Position numbers and translations under genes: made by a program. This document shows positions 61,392-64,000 of a DNA stretch of 64,000 nucleotides, piece after piece. This stretch comes from Podarcis muralis (lineage: Eukaryota). The notes beneath the pieces were generated by a model. It was given only the letters and a program-made list of their open reading frames with translations, had not been told where the DNA came from and made no database searches. The first letter of the stretch is position 1; each line of letters starts with the position of its first letter. The DNA lies in assembly GCF_964188315.1 (NCBI RefSeq), contig NC_135668.1:29884001-29948000 (forward strand). Direction: 5' to 3'.

Positions 61392-62985
61392 CTGTCCAAG
61401 GGAGGGAGTGTTAATGAGGCACAGGGATTCATAGCAAAAAAACAATCAAGAAGACTTGTGGCAATGCAAAGCCTACCAAGCGCATTATGACATCATAAGC
61501 TTTGTCAGATGCAATCAATGCAAAACACTCAGCTGTGGCTTCTGGTCACAGTCACACACCCCTTGCCAAAACTCTATGTTGCTTCAAGGTGCCCTCCTAG
61601 GGCTGAGCCCTCCAGCCCCACTTAAGGGTTTAGCCCTCATAGCTATGGATAGACAACCAGGAAATAACCCAGTTCTGTTGAAAACCCCAAAGGTAATATT
61701 TAAGGGGAAAGGGCAAAGCTCAGAATCTGATTTGCATGCAGAAGGTCCCAGGTTCAATCCTCGGCTGGGAGATACTTCCCTCCTGGAAACCCTGACGTGC
61801 TGCTGCCAGTCAGTGTAGACAGTACTGAACTAGATTGACCTAGACTCTGACTTGGTATAAGGGAGCTGTTCCTCCCCTTTTCAGCCTTCTCCATCAAGTA
61901 GTGTGCAGAGGCAGAAGGAAAGGGAGAGGGGCTGTTGGCACAGGGTCACATGCCAGAAAGCAAAGAGTGCCCAAGAACAAAAGCTACCATGAAAAGCTCT
62001 CTTCTTCCCTCCCTCCCTCTCTGGAGAATGAAGTTGGTCCAGTATTTAGCACAGGAGACACTGACTTGTTGAGCATCACAAGCAAGGGAAAGGAAAGTCT
62101 CTGCCCCCAGCAGCTTGCAGTCTAAACTTCAACAGTGAGAGATGCGACTGAAGGAGGGGAAAGGGTGGCAAAGAGAAATGGAAACAGGTCACGGTCACTG
62201 AGGCTCCTGTGGCTGGAGAAAAGGCTGGTGGGAGCGAAAAACCTATGGCCTGGAAGAAGAGGCAACCTTTGAGGGAATATGCAAAAGCAGAGAGTGGGCT
62301 GGGGTAGGAGGTGGAGAAAAAAGAGAAAAAGTAGAGCCAATTAAATAAGCAGGAAGGGTGAAAATCATGGGGTGGTGGATATGACAGGAACAGAACAGAA
62401 AGAGAGGAAGGCTGAGCTATACTCAGATCCTGTGGATTTCCCTCTTCAGCCAAACTTGACACTCGTCTAAGTGGGCAGTGCCCAGGGCAGGAGGGCAGGA
62501 GATGGGCTGACTGGCAGCCCTGATGTAGGGGGACGTGCTTAAAATCTGTTGACAGCAAAATGCCAGCAGGAGAGGAGGATTCAAAATGAGCTCAGGGTTT
62601 GAGCAACGGCTGTGACGCGGGATGCCAAATGCACAGCTGTAAGTTGTTACACACATGGAAGCAGCGCTCAGCAAAAAGCCCAAGAAGGAGATCGTGGACT
62701 GAAAGGGAGCTGCACTGCAAAGGAGCCAACCGGGCAGAGGGGACATTTGGGCCCAGGGAAGTCAATCAATGCAACCATCCTGAGGCAGGCAAGTCCAAGA
62801 CCCAGGCAGCTGTTGGCTCATTCAAAGACCTGAGTTCCTGGCATCACAGGGCCAAATGCATGCTTGCTGAGGAGAAGTCAGTGGCTTCAAGGAAAACTCC
62901 AAAGATAACCCAGAATCTAGAAAGCCCATCCTTGAGGGTGGGGGGAGAGGCTGGAGGAAGGCCAGGGGAAATATATTTGGCCAAG

Positions 62986-63032
<47 letters not shown>

Positions 63033-63793
63033 CGTGTTCACAGTTTCCAGATGTTTCTGAGAATTCCAGAAATTAGCTAAGAGGATGACTGTTTGCCCAC
63101 TGAAGACAAAAAGCAATTGTGTTCATATAAATAAGGATGGGCTTTTGAAAATGGATTAAGCAACTTCATGCAAGACAGCAAACAATATTGTGTCTAAGAA
63201 CCTTGTGGATGTGTGTATGGTCTCATCCAAACTGGCCCTTGCCCCCGCTGCCTTTCCCCAGGGAAAGCCAATCTTAACTGCCAAATCGGAGCAAATGTCA
63301 CTTGAGTTTTCCCCAGATTGATACTTGCACCGATCTATTGCTAATGAGGGTGTTTTCTGAGAGAAAGCAGCAAGAGAAGGGCAAAACCTCTCAGACCTGT
63401 GCCTAGAAAGTGCAGGACAAATGGGAAACCACTCATATCCACAGGACAAGGGCAAGTCTGGATGAGCCCTGTATAACCAGCACGTTGAACAAACCAGGAT
63501 GCAACAATGGTTGGGAGACCTATGAAAGCCCTCCTCCCCCTCACCCCCACCTGCAACTGAGAGAAGTAGCCTCCAAACACTACCTGGCCTGGAACACAGG
63601 AAGCTGTATTGTTTACACTGACTGGCAGTAGCTCTCCAGGATTTTAGGCAGGAGCCTCTCCCAGCCCCTCCCTGGAGACATCAATGGGTATTGAACCTGG
63701 GGCCTTTGATTTGCAAGGCAGATGCTCTCCCCACTGAGCTATGGCCCTTCCACCCTAACTAGAAGCAGCCACTGGCATTTTAAATGGACGTAC

Positions 63794-63859
63794 CCACTGG
63801 AGGTGATGCCAGAGGTCATCGTAGACGGTGTTTCCATATGCAAAGGCCTGAAAGTATGA
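63794..63859 (-). CDS. ANPEP: Aminopeptidase N exon (SYFQAFAYGNTVYDDLWHHLQW)
   Basis: ctctctgcag|TCA...TGG|gtacgt, 66 nt. Matches ANPEP FAYQNTIYLNLWDHLQ. Upstream exons lie beyond the window. Confidence 0.93.
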
Positions 63860-64000
63860 CTGCAGAGAGAACAGAAGGAGAATGAGAGAGAGAGGGAGAG
63901 AGATGACGCCCCCCACCCCAGCTGCCACTGGGCCCTTGGGAAGCCCATACCTCCTTGGTGTGCAGCCCACATTGCCTTTGCTCCATTAGAGTTTGCTGGG

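Noticed and set aside
1-64000. CRISPR arrays, rRNA, and known miRNAs such as miR-7 and miR-9 from the syntenic human region
   Set aside because: Vertebrate DNA; no matching sequences seen by eye.

Overview
Vertebrate genomic DNA, almost certainly from a squamate and probably a lacertid-type lizard (Sauria SINEs, CR1 and RTE-BovB remnants, many hAT MITEs), with 4 assembly gaps. The right third holds the conserved MESP1(-) / MESP2(+) / ANPEP(-) cluster: two divergently transcribed Mesp bHLH genes, then the last 12 coding exons of aminopeptidase N. All ANPEP splice junctions could be read as GT-AG and in frame. The left ~39 kb has no gene I can recognise, although WDR93 lies here in human. It is repeat-rich and carries an orphan CpG island and several exon-like signals. 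Highlights: an almost identical 18-bp double T-box palindrome next to a CATAAA box in both Mesp promoters; shared derived bHLH residues suggesting concerted evolution; a young hAT MITE with an internal TTAGGG-containing 22-bp VNTR (4 copies, all with perfect 8-bp TSDs, one inside a 3-level nest); and an ANPEP N-W-T sequon aligning to the glycan site that alphacoronaviruses use on pig and cat APN. I found no clearly new biological system.
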